From Candidatus Woesearchaeota archaeon (lineage in GTDB: Archaea > Nanobdellota > Nanobdellia > Woesearchaeales > ARS49), in the NCBI GenBank assembly GCA_038884975.1, contig JAWAAW010000002.1:18829-82828 (forward strand): a stretch of DNA of 64,000 nucleotides. Reading direction: 5' to 3'. This document shows, piece after piece, positions 44,109 through 54,310 of this stretch; the first letter of the stretch is position 1; each line of letters opens with the position of its first letter. The notes under the pieces are model-generated. The model worked only from the letters and a program-made list of their open reading frames with translations, did not search any database and was not told the origin of the DNA. A program made the translations under genes and the position numbers.

Positions 44109-44929
44109 TTTCTTTTTAAATAATGTGCTCTGGCATTCTCCCTTGCTTCGGTTGCTTCATTAATGTCGATTTTGCTGTTTTTGTTAGTGTCGATTGAGAT
44201 GAAATGCTTGAACATTTCCTTGTCCTCCAGCCTGCCTTGCATTGATTCAACCAGAAAGAGGTATTCTTTCATTGCTTCCTGTGCTTCTTGGTTGTATGAA
44301 AAAACAAACTGTCCGTTTGCGCTGTAAAATCTTACTTCATTCTCAGCTGCAATCATTCTTATTTCCTTTTCTCCATTGCATGATATGTTTATGACACAAG
44401 CAGCTATTCCTGACAGGATTGAGGCTGCTGCAAAGATTGGTTTCAGGAAAGATGCCTTTTGTTTTGGTTCAATTATTATTCTATCAACTGTTTTTCTTTT
44501 TGGTTCTATTATGCAGTATTGCTTGTGCTTTGAATTGAACATTTGATAAGCAGGATCAACTTGGATTTCTCCTTCAGGCACTCTTATGATTGCGCAAGCA
44601 TGTGCCACTCGTGCGCCTTTGTAATCGACATCGACGTGTGCATAGTATGCCTTGATTTTCATTTTTCTTGCAAGTTCGACGTATAGGAGTGCTTGGTCGC
44701 TGCAGATTCCTTTTCTGCGTTCTATTGTGATTTCAGGCTCGTAAGGAATGCCGTCATCAAGGTGGTTGTCAATTGCTCTCTTTCTTTCAAGATCGTATGC
44801 AATGTTTTTTGTCATCCAGTCATATATTGCTTTTGCCTTGTCAATTAGTGGTGCAGCGTGATATACTGTGCTTGATATTGTTTTGATGACCGACTCAAGT
44901 GTTGGACCCATTTTTTTTGTTATCCCCAA
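44105..44929 (-). CDS. Transglutaminase-like cysteine protease fold protein with TM segment and C-terminal EF-hand-like loop
   Basis: 274 aa; KGICSDQALLYVELAR (Cys), HACAII (His), QVDP (Asp); TM IFAAASILSGIAACVINI; DTNKNSKIDINE (nt 44156-44191) fits the 12-residue EF-hand loop pattern. Confidence 0.7.
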   Translation of the reverse strand: MGITKKMGPTLESVIKTISSTVYHAAPLIDKAKAIYDWMTKNIAYDLERKRAIDNHLDDGIPYEPEITIERRKGICSDQALLYVELARKMKIKAYYAHVDVDYKGARVAHACAIIRVPEGEIQVDPAYQMFNSKHKQYCIIEPKRKTVDRIIIEPKQKASFLKPIFAAASILSGIAACVINISCNGEKEIRMIAAENEVRFYSANGQFVFSYNQEAQEAMKEYLFLVESMQGRLEDKEMFKHFISIDTNKNSKIDINEATEARENARAHYLKRN

Positions 44930-45166
44930 AAGCTTCCCGGGACAGCGGTTTTGGGGATTCCTCTTGTTTTTTCCAAGGGATGAAGTAATATATGTGCTTG
45001 GAATTAAAGGCGGTTTTGTTGCAAGAATACTTATTATTCCGGCGTTGCTGAAGACTTTCCGGTTTGGTTGGAAGAATTTTTTGGAGAACCTGCCTAATTC
45101 CGGAAAATTTCCGGTTTTTTAAGAATGATTGCGTGTTTTTTTTTCAGGCTGTTGTTTAGTAAAACA

Positions 45167-45787
45167 TTATTTTTGCCATCTAAGATATGCGACAGGGCTT
45201 GCTGCAAGTATGCCGTAATCAGGGTTTGCAAGTATGAATAATGCTCCAAAGTCTGTTCCTGCTGCTTGCCCTGCTATGTATTCGCCGGGCGAGTAGCCTT
45301 TTGCAAAAATTATTTTTTTGTTTGAGTATATTAGTGGCACTATTTCGCAGTACAATGGGGCTCCTTTGATTTTGTATGAGTATGTGCAGAGTTGTGCCTG
45401 CAGGAATTTTGTTGGGTCGTTTGGATAATATCCTGCTATGCCTGAGAATGTGTGTATTCTGTCTTTTTTGAGGGTGAGATAGTTGTAAAAGTTCATTTCA
45501 GGAATTGCTATCCTGTCCACTTGGAATCCCAGTATTTTTGGAATAAGTGATTGTCGTGGGGGTAGTTTGTCCTTGTCATAGGTCATTTGCATTATTTTGA
45601 TGGAGTTCAGTGATGGATAATTTGTTGTGGGTGTGGTTTCAAACATTAATCCCATGTTGAATGGTTCGTAAACGTAAACAGGTTCTGTTGTTTTTCCTGT
45701 TATGTTGTTTGCGTAAAAAAGCATGAAAAGCAGTGCTGTAATGCTTACAATTCCGAGCATTATTATTTCCCATTTATCCATGCTCAA
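45167..45787 (-). CDS. Operon gene 8: N-terminally anchored protein, unknown family
   Basis: 206 aa; TM IIMLGIVSITALLFMLF; start overlaps the stop of gene 7 by 14 nt. Confidence 0.55.
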   Translation of the reverse strand: MSMDKWEIIMLGIVSITALLFMLFYANNITGKTTEPVYVYEPFNMGLMFETTPTTNYPSLNSIKIMQMTYDKDKLPPRQSLIPKILGFQVDRIAIPEMNFYNYLTLKKDRIHTFSGIAGYYPNDPTKFLQAQLCTYSYKIKGAPLYCEIVPLIYSNKKIIFAKGYSPGEYIAGQAAGTDFGALFILANPDYGILAASPVAYLRWQK

Positions 45788-46601
45788 TCACCCCGTGTAC
45801 TGCTGTCACCCAGAGGACTCTTGTCCACGCAAGTGCTGGCAGTGAAAAGAGTATTCCAAAAACAAGAGGCAGGTAAGGGTTGGTTTTCATCAGCAATGAA
45901 GGGGTTAGTATTGCAATTAGTGTGATTATTGTGCTGAGCAAATGAACTGGCAGGAGTTGTTTCCATTGCTTTGTGCCGATTATGAATGTCTGGGTGAATA
46001 CTTTGTGAGGCACAAGCGCGTATGAGACATAAACAAAATATGTGAGCGCCCAAAAAAGCAGCATTGTGATTATGTTTGCCATCTTGATTCCTATTAATGG
46101 GAAGACTGTTGTTGTTGCATAATCAAGCAGGTTGAGCGAGATTACTGTGATTATTATCAGTCCAATGAACCATAATGTTGTTATTCCTGCAAAATTTAGG
46201 ACAAACCATCCTGAATGCTGCTTTTTTTCAGCAACATTGTGGGCAATAAACCATAGTATTCCCTTGCATACGAGCCACGCAAGCAATGCTCCAAGCACAA
46301 ACAAGCCGATGTACTTGAGCAGTTGGTTGTATTCTGTCATGAATTCTGGCGAGTTTAGTAGTGTCATGTCTGTCACGTTTTCTGTTTCTGCAATTATTTT
46401 TGCTTGTTCTCCAATCATTGTTGTGAGCCTTACTGCATGCTCGCTTGCCTTGCTAAAAACCTCGTAGTGGAGCTGTGTGAGTGCTATCACAAAGATCAAG
46501 TCAACAAGAACAGCAAAAAGGATGAGTTTCTTGTTGCTAATAAATGAGTGCCAGGATTTTGTTATTGTGGAAAATGCTGGAGTGGTCATGTTATTCTGCA
46601 A
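45774..46601 (-). CDS. Operon gene 7: polytopic membrane protein (family shared with 13614-14429 and 54307-55191)
   Basis: 275 aa; see the alignment blocks under 13614-14429; start overlaps the stop of gene 6 by 11 nt. Confidence 0.65.
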   Translation of the reverse strand: MQNNMTTPAFSTITKSWHSFISNKKLILFAVLVDLIFVIALTQLHYEVFSKASEHAVRLTTMIGEQAKIIAETENVTDMTLLNSPEFMTEYNQLLKYIGLFVLGALLAWLVCKGILWFIAHNVAEKKQHSGWFVLNFAGITTLWFIGLIIITVISLNLLDYATTTVFPLIGIKMANIITMLLFWALTYFVYVSYALVPHKVFTQTFIIGTKQWKQLLPVHLLSTIITLIAILTPSLLMKTNPYLPLVFGILFSLPALAWTRVLWVTAVHGVIEHG

Positions 46602-49600
46602 GCGTGAGATTTTCAGTTAAATGTGGGATTCTGATGGTTGTGTTTGGTTCTGTGGCTTGATCTTCTTTTGCTCCAAGCGCGGTTAGCGCAGCTTGTTTTT
46701 TGTCTTTAAGAGTTTCAAGTGTCTTTTCTGCATTTTTTAAGGCGGTTTCTATTTCGCGAGGGATGTTGCCCGGAAGTGTTGATTCAAGCTTTTTTGCAGA
46801 TTCTTCAAACTGGTTTGCGGCAGTGGTCAGTGCGTTCATTATTTGCAGTGCCCGGACTTGTTCTTTGAGTCCTTCTTCCTTTATGCTTGTGGTGACCTTG
46901 ACGAGTGCAATTTGTGCATTGCGCTCGTTTTGTGCAAGTTTTTTGAGGAATTGGATTATTTCTGTTGCATTGGTCTTGTTTAATTTATTGATTTCATTAG
47001 TTGCGTTTTCTTCTTCATTTTTTAGATTTTTGAGTATTTCGATCAGTGTTTGTGCTGCTGCTTCAAATTCCTTTGGTGCTGTTGCTTCTGTTGTTTGCAG
47101 TGCTGATTTTGGTGCGCACTGCACTTGGAAAGTGATTGTTTTTTGTTGTGGTTCTCCTGTTTCTGGGTCTGTGCTTATTTGTTCTGATGGGTTGCCTTGC
47201 CTGTCTGCGTCATAAAGCGTGAAGTATGCCTTCCACGTGATTGGCGTGTTGGGGTCGCATCCCTTCTGTCCTGCCACTTTTGTCGGGTCGTAAATTGCGA
47301 GTATTTGTAGTTTGTCTGTGCCGCTGAATACTGCCTTGTCAAACTCAAGCATTACGTTTACTTCTTGTTTTGTTGCGGTTCCTGGGATTGTGAATGTGAT
47401 GCGGTTGGATGGTGTGTCTGGTGATTGTTGTCCTGTTGCAATCACTTGTGTTGTAGAATCAAGCCAGCCTGTGCGGTCATCGCGCTTTAGCTTGTCTAGT
47501 GCTGCAGGGTTGACTTGCCTGACTTCGTACTTTGCATCTCCAGGACTTTTTCCGTAATCAATGAAGTTTATTACGAATCCGTATTTCGTGGTTGCTGGAG
47601 TGTTTCCTTCCTTGACGGTTAGAGTGGTGACGAATTTCTTGAGCGAGATTATAGGCCATAATTCCTGCAACACCCCTCCTGTTGTTGGTCCAAGGGCGCT
47701 GTGCCGCTTGATTGTGTCCTCGTTGAGCACGAAAGTGCCTAATGGCGTGTCGTCGATTTCCATCGGCACCATTAGCCGGTAATTGCCGTTTGTTGTTAGT
47801 GCGTAATTAATGCTTGTGGCGTCGTTCGTGGTTTGCAATAATTTTGTCGTGCCGTCAGGCATCAAGGCATCAACAACATTGCCTGCTGAGTCTCTTATTT
47901 CGTAGGTTAGGAATTTTCTTGCCTGGTTCTGGAATCTTCTTTCTTCTGGGAATACTTGTTTGATTTCAAGGCTGAAGTTGAGCTTGTCTCCAAGAGCGAA
48001 TGCTTTTTGTTTTTCAGGATACGTTTCTTTTGCTGAGATTATTCTTATTCCGCTTTCCTGCTCCCCAAACATACACCTGAATTTCCCTGAGAATGCGTCA
48101 AGCGCGCAGAATGCTGGTGCTGCTCCTCCCACTTCGCGTATTGAGCATTCTGCCTTGTCAGTGCGGACTTGTCTTGTTACTTTGTCTTCCCATTCCCATT
48201 CAAGTATTGCAGTGTCATACCTGTATCCCGCAAGGTCATAGGAATTTTGCGGGCTTACGACGAATGGTGCGTCAAAGTTCACGAGGTCAAACTTTCTTGC
48301 AAGTCCGTTGCCAAGCTCTGGCGCGCTTACAGTAAGTATTTCTTCTTTTGTTGTGCAGTCGCACTTTCCGTCAGGATATTGTCTTGGGTCGCAGTTAAAT
48401 CCTGAACTGCACTTGAGTTTGAGCCTGTACCTGACGTCTGCTCCTGCAATTAGTCCTCCTGCTATCCTGTAAGCCCAGGTGGTGATTCCGCTTGGTGTGG
48501 TTGTTGGGTCGTAGCTGATGAATGTTCTTTCGCAGGTTGTGAGGGCGCCTTCTGTGTCAACAGGTATTTCTTCAACTTGTTGTTGGAACAGTCCTTGTAT
48601 GTTAAGGTCCCATGTTCCTGTGAATGCCCATATGCAGATTGCGTGAACGAGTTTTCTTTCGCTGAACAAGGACTTGTACAATGATGTTTCTCCGTAGCGC
48701 TGGTTTATGCTTCTGCTTACTTCTGTTCCTGCGCCAGTGAGTGCTCCGAGGACGTTTCCGAAGCCGCCTGCTGCGGGTCTTGCACCAATTCCTGGAGCGT
48801 TGAATTTTTGTGTTATGCACGTGATTGCTTCAAATAGGAGGTCGCAGATTGTGCTTGAGAGTTTTGCTGCGCAGAAGCCAGCACTTCCTTCTCCTGTCAG
48901 TAATATCTTGCTGAAGCATCCGTGGAGTGCTCCGAGGACTGTGCGCCACATTTGTAGGTAGCTCGTGACTGCTGGCAGGCAGACGCATTCAATGCTTCTC
49001 AATAATCCTGAGTAGGGTCTTACGATGTATTGTTGGTCTGGCATTCCGACAATGTCATTGACTTTTTCCCATGCTCTTCTTAGGTTGCCTTTGTCGCAGG
49101 GTTCTATCTTGTAGCCGGATTGTGTTGGCTTGCAGAGTTCTTTTTCAAGGCAGGCAATTTGTTGTTCTTCTGTCATTCTTTCTGGTGTTTTGCCTTTTTC
49201 TGTCCTTGTTTGTGGTGTTTGTCCAAAGCAGTGTGTGACTTTTGTGTCAAGGGCTGCTGTGAGTCCTTCGCTAAGCCTTAATTGGTTTGCTTTGTCTATT
49301 CCTGCTTCTTCATTTGTCATTTTTTGGAATTGGGGTGTCTTTACTGCATAGCCGAGGTAGACCTCGTATCCTGTTGCTGTTCCGCCTCCGCCGAGGAATG
49401 GTATTGCTGGCGCCCTGAGGGTTGTGCGTCCTGCTTCAAATCCTCTTGGAATCACAAAGAGGTATGCTGCGTTTGCGTCTGCTCCTGGTCTTGCCGGGCG
49501 GGGTCCTACCCATTCTGCTTCAAGGCTTACGACTTGTGCTGTTGGTTCTCCTGTCTTGCTTTCGCAGAATCCTGCAACTGCGTTCCAGAGTGTGTTGCAC

Positions 49601-52362
49601 TTGAGCGTGGCGAGGTCTGGGTCATTTGCTTGCTGTGCTGCAAGGCACGTGCTTTGTTTGAGTTCGTCAAAGGTGTCAAGGCTTTCGCCAAGCAGTGTTC
49701 CAGGTCCGCACGCGCTGCTCCATTCCTTCTGGTATTGTATTCCGCAGCAGTTGGGGTGGGCTGGGTGTAATGTTTTTTTGCAGTCTTCTTTTGTTGGCCC
49801 GTTAGGGAATGTTGTTGGAGGGCTTGTTCCTTTTGCAATGTTGAATAGTTGTTTGATGCCGAGCTTGGCTTCGCTTTGCCCGCTTACCCTTGCAAGATAA
49901 TTCTCGGAAGATTCTTCTGCTGCAGGTTCAAGCCCGGTTTCTGGGCTTTCTCTTGGAGCAGGAACCCCTGAATATGTTGGCGTTATGTAGTTGTAGTCTT
50001 TGTACGTGAATGCGCAGTCATTTCCTGCATAGAGTTTGTTGTTTATTGCCCATTTTTGGAAGTGTTGTGGGTCGTTCTTTTGCACTTGTGCGCTTATGTC
50101 TTCGAGTGGTTCTGCATTGCCTGTGTTGTCTTTGATGTATGTTGAGAATGTTGGCGCGCTTGGGCATCCAACCCTGTCGCACAATGCGTGCATGACGTTT
50201 GTTTCAAACTTCTTCCTTGACTCTATCTTTTTTTGGCATATCATGCATTTTTGTTGTTGTGTTGGTTTGTCTTTGTATGCTGCTTCGCAGAGTCCTGCTT
50301 CTGCTACTGCCTTGTTCCACCCTCCTGCTCCTGAGAATGCGTCCATTATTGCGCTTCCTTCGCAGGACATCTTTTCAGAGAACCAATTGAACATTAGCCA
50401 TACGTTGCTTGCAAGGCAGCCGTAAAGCACGTATTCGCCAATTGTTGTTATTGGCTTCAATACCTTGTCAATTATGCTTATTGCCTTGTCAATAACTTCC
50501 ACTGCTGTTTTTAGGAGTCCTTTTGGTATTATGTCGTTTGGTATTGTTTGGTCTATTGCAATCTCGATTGGAATGCATACTTTTTGCATTCTTGGTTCTA
50601 TTTTTGGTGTGACTATTGGCAGTCTTGGGTCTGTTGGCTTGTATTGTATTATTTCTTGGAAGTTGATTTCCATTTGCAGGAATAGTTTGACGCACCCTGT
50701 CCCGGGCACAAGGCATTCTCCTCTTCTGTGGTCTGAGAGTGCTCTTTCTTTTTCGTTCGGTCCTGCTTCTGGCTTGTCAGGCAATGGGTTGACGTTCTCA
50801 AATTGTATTTGTATGTAGCCGACAGTGTCTTTCTTTCCTTTTGCTTTTGTGTACGCGTTTACTCGTATCCAGTCGTGGTCGTAGTCTTTTTCAGCTCCTT
50901 TTGAGAGCATTATTGGTCGCACGTCAATCCTGCCGAGCTTTACGTCCTGAGTGCCTGTGTAAGTTATGTTGAAGGGTATGCCTATTTGTTGTATTCCCTG
51001 AATCATTAATCGTGGCAGGAGTATGTTTGGCAGTGCTTCGCCAATGTTTGCAGTCCACCACGTTCCAAGGCCGCAGAGGAGGAAGTCAACATCGTAAGGA
51101 CCATATGTTGCCTTGTTTCCTGCAAGGTCAATTGCCTCTAGCTTTATCTTGTTTGCCCATCCCTCGCCTATTTCGACTGTTGTTTTTGTTGTTCCTTTCT
51201 TTATGCGCACGTCAGTCCGCAGCCGTGTCTTGATTGAGAATGAGCCGTCTGGGTCTGTTACTTTGTACTCGCTTGGTTTTTGTTCGTCATTGATGTATAC
51301 GAGGACGGTTCCTTGTTCGTCAAGCTTGCCTTTTATTGTGATGTCAGGAACGTATGATGGGCTTATCTTGTCAAGGTTTGTTTCAACAAGTTTTGGTGCC
51401 GTGTTGTCCTTTCTTATTGTTTGCTTAATGACTTCTTTGTTTCCTGCAGTGTCTTCAAAGATGATTTCAAGGTCATTGATTCCTTCTGTCAATGGCACCG
51501 TGATTGAGAATGGGCTTCCTGCGGTTATTGTTTGGTATGGTGTTTCGCAGGAAAGGTTTATTTCTGGCAATGCCGATGGTGTTATGTTTGTTCCGCCTGT
51601 TTTTGTTGCTGTCAAGATGTCTGCAGAAATGCCGGTGTTGCAGCTTGTGTCAATTCCTGAAATGCTGTAGCTGTATTGTGTTCCTGGCTTTAAGTTGGTG
51701 TCGCGGTATGTTGGCACTTGTGTTGTTGCGATTCTTCGTCTATCTCGTTCTACAAGGTATTCTTTTATGTCTGATGCAGTGCTTGGGTCCCATACGAGTT
51801 CAATCTCGTTTGGTTCTGCCTTGTTAACCCGGAGATTGGTGATGATGTCCGGTGGTGTTGTGTCTGTCTTGTGTATTACTCTCCATTTTATTGTGACTTT
51901 TTCGTTTACTTCGCCTGTTATTGTTATGCTGTTTTCTTTTGTTGAGTCAGGTATTTCATTGTCAAGCGTTACCCCTGGCGGCTTTCCGTCAAATAGCAAA
52001 GTGTATTCCTTTGTTGCAATATTGTCGCCTTCGTGCGCTTCAAGCTTGATTTTGTTTTCTCCTTCTTTTAATGGGAGGTTTGTTATTTTGAATGTGCCGT
52101 CAGTGCCTGTCGTTATTACTCTTTGTCTTGCCTCGTTCACGAAGGCGTGGATTGTTGCTTTTGCCTTTGTTCTTCCTTCTATTGTTATTGTGGGCTTGTG
52201 TGAGTATGCTGGGATGTTTGCTTCAATGTCAAGGGTTGTTAGTCCTGCTCCTCCTTCAACTACCCAGCCTGTAAGCATGTTCGCGCTGGCAACTGGCAAC
52301 GTGATGATGAGCATTGCCAGTGCCAGCGAGAGCAGCTTATTCAAATTCGGGTTTGAGCGCAT
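46591..52362 (-). CDS. Operon gene 6: giant secreted protein (1923 aa) with Ig-like repeats, one FN3 domain, a Cys-rich core and a C-terminal coiled coil
   Basis: Signal peptide LALAMLIITLPVASA; FN3-like PPDIITNLRV..IELVWDPS..YLVERD..YRDTNLKPGTQYSYSISGID (about nt 51622-51858); Ig-like units bounded by DGKPPGV / KDNTAPKL; many Cys in the central 900 aa; last ~180 aa heptad-like. Confidence 0.85.
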   Translation of the reverse strand: MRSNPNLNKLLSLALAMLIITLPVASANMLTGWVVEGGAGLTTLDIEANIPAYSHKPTITIEGRTKAKATIHAFVNEARQRVITTGTDGTFKITNLPLKEGENKIKLEAHEGDNIATKEYTLLFDGKPPGVTLDNEIPDSTKENSITITGEVNEKVTIKWRVIHKTDTTPPDIITNLRVNKAEPNEIELVWDPSTASDIKEYLVERDRRRIATTQVPTYRDTNLKPGTQYSYSISGIDTSCNTGISADILTATKTGGTNITPSALPEINLSCETPYQTITAGSPFSITVPLTEGINDLEIIFEDTAGNKEVIKQTIRKDNTAPKLVETNLDKISPSYVPDITIKGKLDEQGTVLVYINDEQKPSEYKVTDPDGSFSIKTRLRTDVRIKKGTTKTTVEIGEGWANKIKLEAIDLAGNKATYGPYDVDFLLCGLGTWWTANIGEALPNILLPRLMIQGIQQIGIPFNITYTGTQDVKLGRIDVRPIMLSKGAEKDYDHDWIRVNAYTKAKGKKDTVGYIQIQFENVNPLPDKPEAGPNEKERALSDHRRGECLVPGTGCVKLFLQMEINFQEIIQYKPTDPRLPIVTPKIEPRMQKVCIPIEIAIDQTIPNDIIPKGLLKTAVEVIDKAISIIDKVLKPITTIGEYVLYGCLASNVWLMFNWFSEKMSCEGSAIMDAFSGAGGWNKAVAEAGLCEAAYKDKPTQQQKCMICQKKIESRKKFETNVMHALCDRVGCPSAPTFSTYIKDNTGNAEPLEDISAQVQKNDPQHFQKWAINNKLYAGNDCAFTYKDYNYITPTYSGVPAPRESPETGLEPAAEESSENYLARVSGQSEAKLGIKQLFNIAKGTSPPTTFPNGPTKEDCKKTLHPAHPNCCGIQYQKEWSSACGPGTLLGESLDTFDELKQSTCLAAQQANDPDLATLKCNTLWNAVAGFCESKTGEPTAQVVSLEAEWVGPRPARPGADANAAYLFVIPRGFEAGRTTLRAPAIPFLGGGGTATGYEVYLGYAVKTPQFQKMTNEEAGIDKANQLRLSEGLTAALDTKVTHCFGQTPQTRTEKGKTPERMTEEQQIACLEKELCKPTQSGYKIEPCDKGNLRRAWEKVNDIVGMPDQQYIVRPYSGLLRSIECVCLPAVTSYLQMWRTVLGALHGCFSKILLTGEGSAGFCAAKLSSTICDLLFEAITCITQKFNAPGIGARPAAGGFGNVLGALTGAGTEVSRSINQRYGETSLYKSLFSERKLVHAICIWAFTGTWDLNIQGLFQQQVEEIPVDTEGALTTCERTFISYDPTTTPSGITTWAYRIAGGLIAGADVRYRLKLKCSSGFNCDPRQYPDGKCDCTTKEEILTVSAPELGNGLARKFDLVNFDAPFVVSPQNSYDLAGYRYDTAILEWEWEDKVTRQVRTDKAECSIREVGGAAPAFCALDAFSGKFRCMFGEQESGIRIISAKETYPEKQKAFALGDKLNFSLEIKQVFPEERRFQNQARKFLTYEIRDSAGNVVDALMPDGTTKLLQTTNDATSINYALTTNGNYRLMVPMEIDDTPLGTFVLNEDTIKRHSALGPTTGGVLQELWPIISLKKFVTTLTVKEGNTPATTKYGFVINFIDYGKSPGDAKYEVRQVNPAALDKLKRDDRTGWLDSTTQVIATGQQSPDTPSNRITFTIPGTATKQEVNVMLEFDKAVFSGTDKLQILAIYDPTKVAGQKGCDPNTPITWKAYFTLYDADRQGNPSEQISTDPETGEPQQKTITFQVQCAPKSALQTTEATAPKEFEAAAQTLIEILKNLKNEEENATNEINKLNKTNATEIIQFLKKLAQNERNAQIALVKVTTSIKEEGLKEQVRALQIMNALTTAANQFEESAKKLESTLPGNIPREIETALKNAEKTLETLKDKKQAALTALGAKEDQATEPNTTIRIPHLTENLTLAE

Positions 52363-54310
52363 CGCGATAGTCTCCCTCCAGTATGTATGACATCATGTTC
52401 ATTTTTTGTTCGTCAGTTACTGCTGTTGGCAGATGTTCAACGAGGTGGATTGTCATTGTTGGCTTGCCTGCTATTTCTGTGTAGTTTATCCTGAGTGTTT
52501 GGGCGTTGTAGCCTCCTATCTGGTTGTCGCGCAGGAATAGCATTGCGTCAATGTCGTAATAAGCATCGTCAAGCACTAATTGTAGTGTTTCGTTGGTTGT
52601 TGGGAAGCCGATGTATTGGTCGAATGTCTTGTTTACAAGGCTTACTGCCAGCGAAACCCTTTCGTTTGGTTTTAGCGGTCTTGGGGTTCCCCAGGTCTTT
52701 GTTTGTCCGTGATAGGGGTGAACGACAAACTTTAGTTGCATGTCCTGCAATTGTTTCATTTCAATGTCAAGCCTGTCGCTTGTCATTTGTTTGGTTGTTG
52801 TTAGGTATCCTTCTTTTGATGCAGTGATGAATGGGTTTGTGCAGCTTCTTGGCAAGTAAGTGAGGAGTTTGTATGTTCCTCCTTCTGCTGTTGTTTTTCC
52901 GAGCTCGCATTCTTGGTCAAAGCATTTGTAAGTGATTTGTACGTCTGGCATTTCCATAAGCACGCCTGTTCCTTCCAGTGGGCCTAATGCGCGTATGTCC
53001 ACTGGCTTGTCTCCGAGTGTTGTGCAGAATTCAGGCGCTCCAAAGTCAATGCTCTGGAACCTCCTTAAGCCAAAAGCAACACGTTCTGGGGAATTGTGGT
53101 TGATTAGGACTGGGAATGCGAACTGGAACACGAATCCTTTTCCTTCAAATGCCTTGTCGTCCCTTATTGATGCCTTGACGTAATAAATTATGTCGTAAGT
53201 GAAGTGCCATTGGTTGATGCAGAGGAAGCGGAGGAATTTGCCAGCCCCTTTTCCTGCATTTGACTTTAGTATTGAGCCGTCATTTGGTTGTGCATTCAGT
53301 TGCATTCCCCATGCGGGTTGGTATTCAAAACCAATCTTTAGGTCTGTTGGTTTTATTCCTATGTCATAGAACAGGTTGAAGTACTGGTATGCGTCGTCAG
53401 GCGCTGTGGTTTTTGGCGGTTTCATGTCCTTGCCGGCTTCAAGTTCTTTGGTCATTCTTTGGTATTCCTTGTGTAGTGTTTCGTAAGTGCTTTTGCTTTC
53501 TGTGAATGGGAAAAAGTCAGTGTTCTTGATGCGTATTGTGGGAATGTAGTAGTATAGGAGCCTTTCAAGCCTCGCTTGCACTTCTGGAAGCCTCCATCTC
53601 TTTGTGCCGCATTCTATTGTGAAGCCGTCCAGCGGGATTTCATTGTCTGTTGCCATAAGGTCTATTGTTGCGTTCTCAAAATAAGCGAATTCATTCTCTT
53701 TTGACATTGTTGCGTTTGCGAGCTCCCATATTTTCTTAAGGCGCACGGGCATCTTGACAACGAAGTCAGGCACTCTTGTCCTTCTGTCCCCTGACGTGAG
53801 CAATAACGGCCAGTTTATTCTCAGTATGACTTCGTTGTCTGCAATGATTGTCCTCGTGCTGATGTTTCCTTCCTCTGTTATGATGAATCTTTCCTTGAAT
53901 GGCTCAAATTCGCCAGCACATTCCTTGAGGCGTTCGTTTACGTATCTTGAGATTTCTCGTTCCATATAAGTTGGGCTTGGAGTTCTGTCCTCTCCCTCAT
54001 AATACCACAATGGCACCTTGAAGTAATTAGCCGAGTCTATTGGTATGTGTGCTGTTGGTGTGCGCTCAATTATTCCTGGAAGGTTGATGAATCCTCCTTG
54101 CAATCCCAGTATGCCAAGTCCTTCCCTTGCAATGTCATTGGCGCAGGTCTGGACAAATTCGTACACTGGCCTGATGTCTTCTGGTACAATCACTTCCTCT
54201 TCTATTGGTTTTATGACTTGCCTTGTTGTGAGATAAGTGGCTATTGCAATGCTGACTAACAGGATTAGGCCGATGATTATGAAGATGGTTATTTGCCCCT
54301 TTTTTGTCAT
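52337..54310 (-). CDS. Operon gene 5: 657-aa protein with class III (pilin-type) signal MTKKGQITIFIIIGLILLV; paralog of gene 1
   Basis: N-terminus matches the [KR]G|Q + hydrophobic pattern of archaeal prepilin-peptidase substrates; aligns with 59725-61905 (VPLWYYEG / VPYWWHMS; INWPL / LEYPL). Confidence 0.8.
   Translation of the reverse strand: MTKKGQITIFIIIGLILLVSIAIATYLTTRQVIKPIEEEVIVPEDIRPVYEFVQTCANDIAREGLGILGLQGGFINLPGIIERTPTAHIPIDSANYFKVPLWYYEGEDRTPSPTYMEREISRYVNERLKECAGEFEPFKERFIITEEGNISTRTIIADNEVILRINWPLLLTSGDRRTRVPDFVVKMPVRLKKIWELANATMSKENEFAYFENATIDLMATDNEIPLDGFTIECGTKRWRLPEVQARLERLLYYYIPTIRIKNTDFFPFTESKSTYETLHKEYQRMTKELEAGKDMKPPKTTAPDDAYQYFNLFYDIGIKPTDLKIGFEYQPAWGMQLNAQPNDGSILKSNAGKGAGKFLRFLCINQWHFTYDIIYYVKASIRDDKAFEGKGFVFQFAFPVLINHNSPERVAFGLRRFQSIDFGAPEFCTTLGDKPVDIRALGPLEGTGVLMEMPDVQITYKCFDQECELGKTTAEGGTYKLLTYLPRSCTNPFITASKEGYLTTTKQMTSDRLDIEMKQLQDMQLKFVVHPYHGQTKTWGTPRPLKPNERVSLAVSLVNKTFDQYIGFPTTNETLQLVLDDAYYDIDAMLFLRDNQIGGYNAQTLRINYTEIAGKPTMTIHLVEHLPTAVTDEQKMNMMSYILEGDYRDALKPEFE

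Noticed and set aside
44868-45122. 84-aa plus-strand ORF in the gap after the giant operon.
   Set aside because: It partly overlaps the transglutaminase-like gene start, has no SD or TATA, and consists mostly of the TTCCGG-repeat region. It is treated as non-coding regulatory DNA.
46700-52390. Many plus-strand ORFs of 60-230 aa (e.g. 51695-52390, 51113-51670, 46700-47215).
   Set aside because: All are antisense to the 1923-aa gene. They are Ser/Cys/Leu/Phe-rich with no starts supported by promoter or SD sequences, so they are shadow ORFs.
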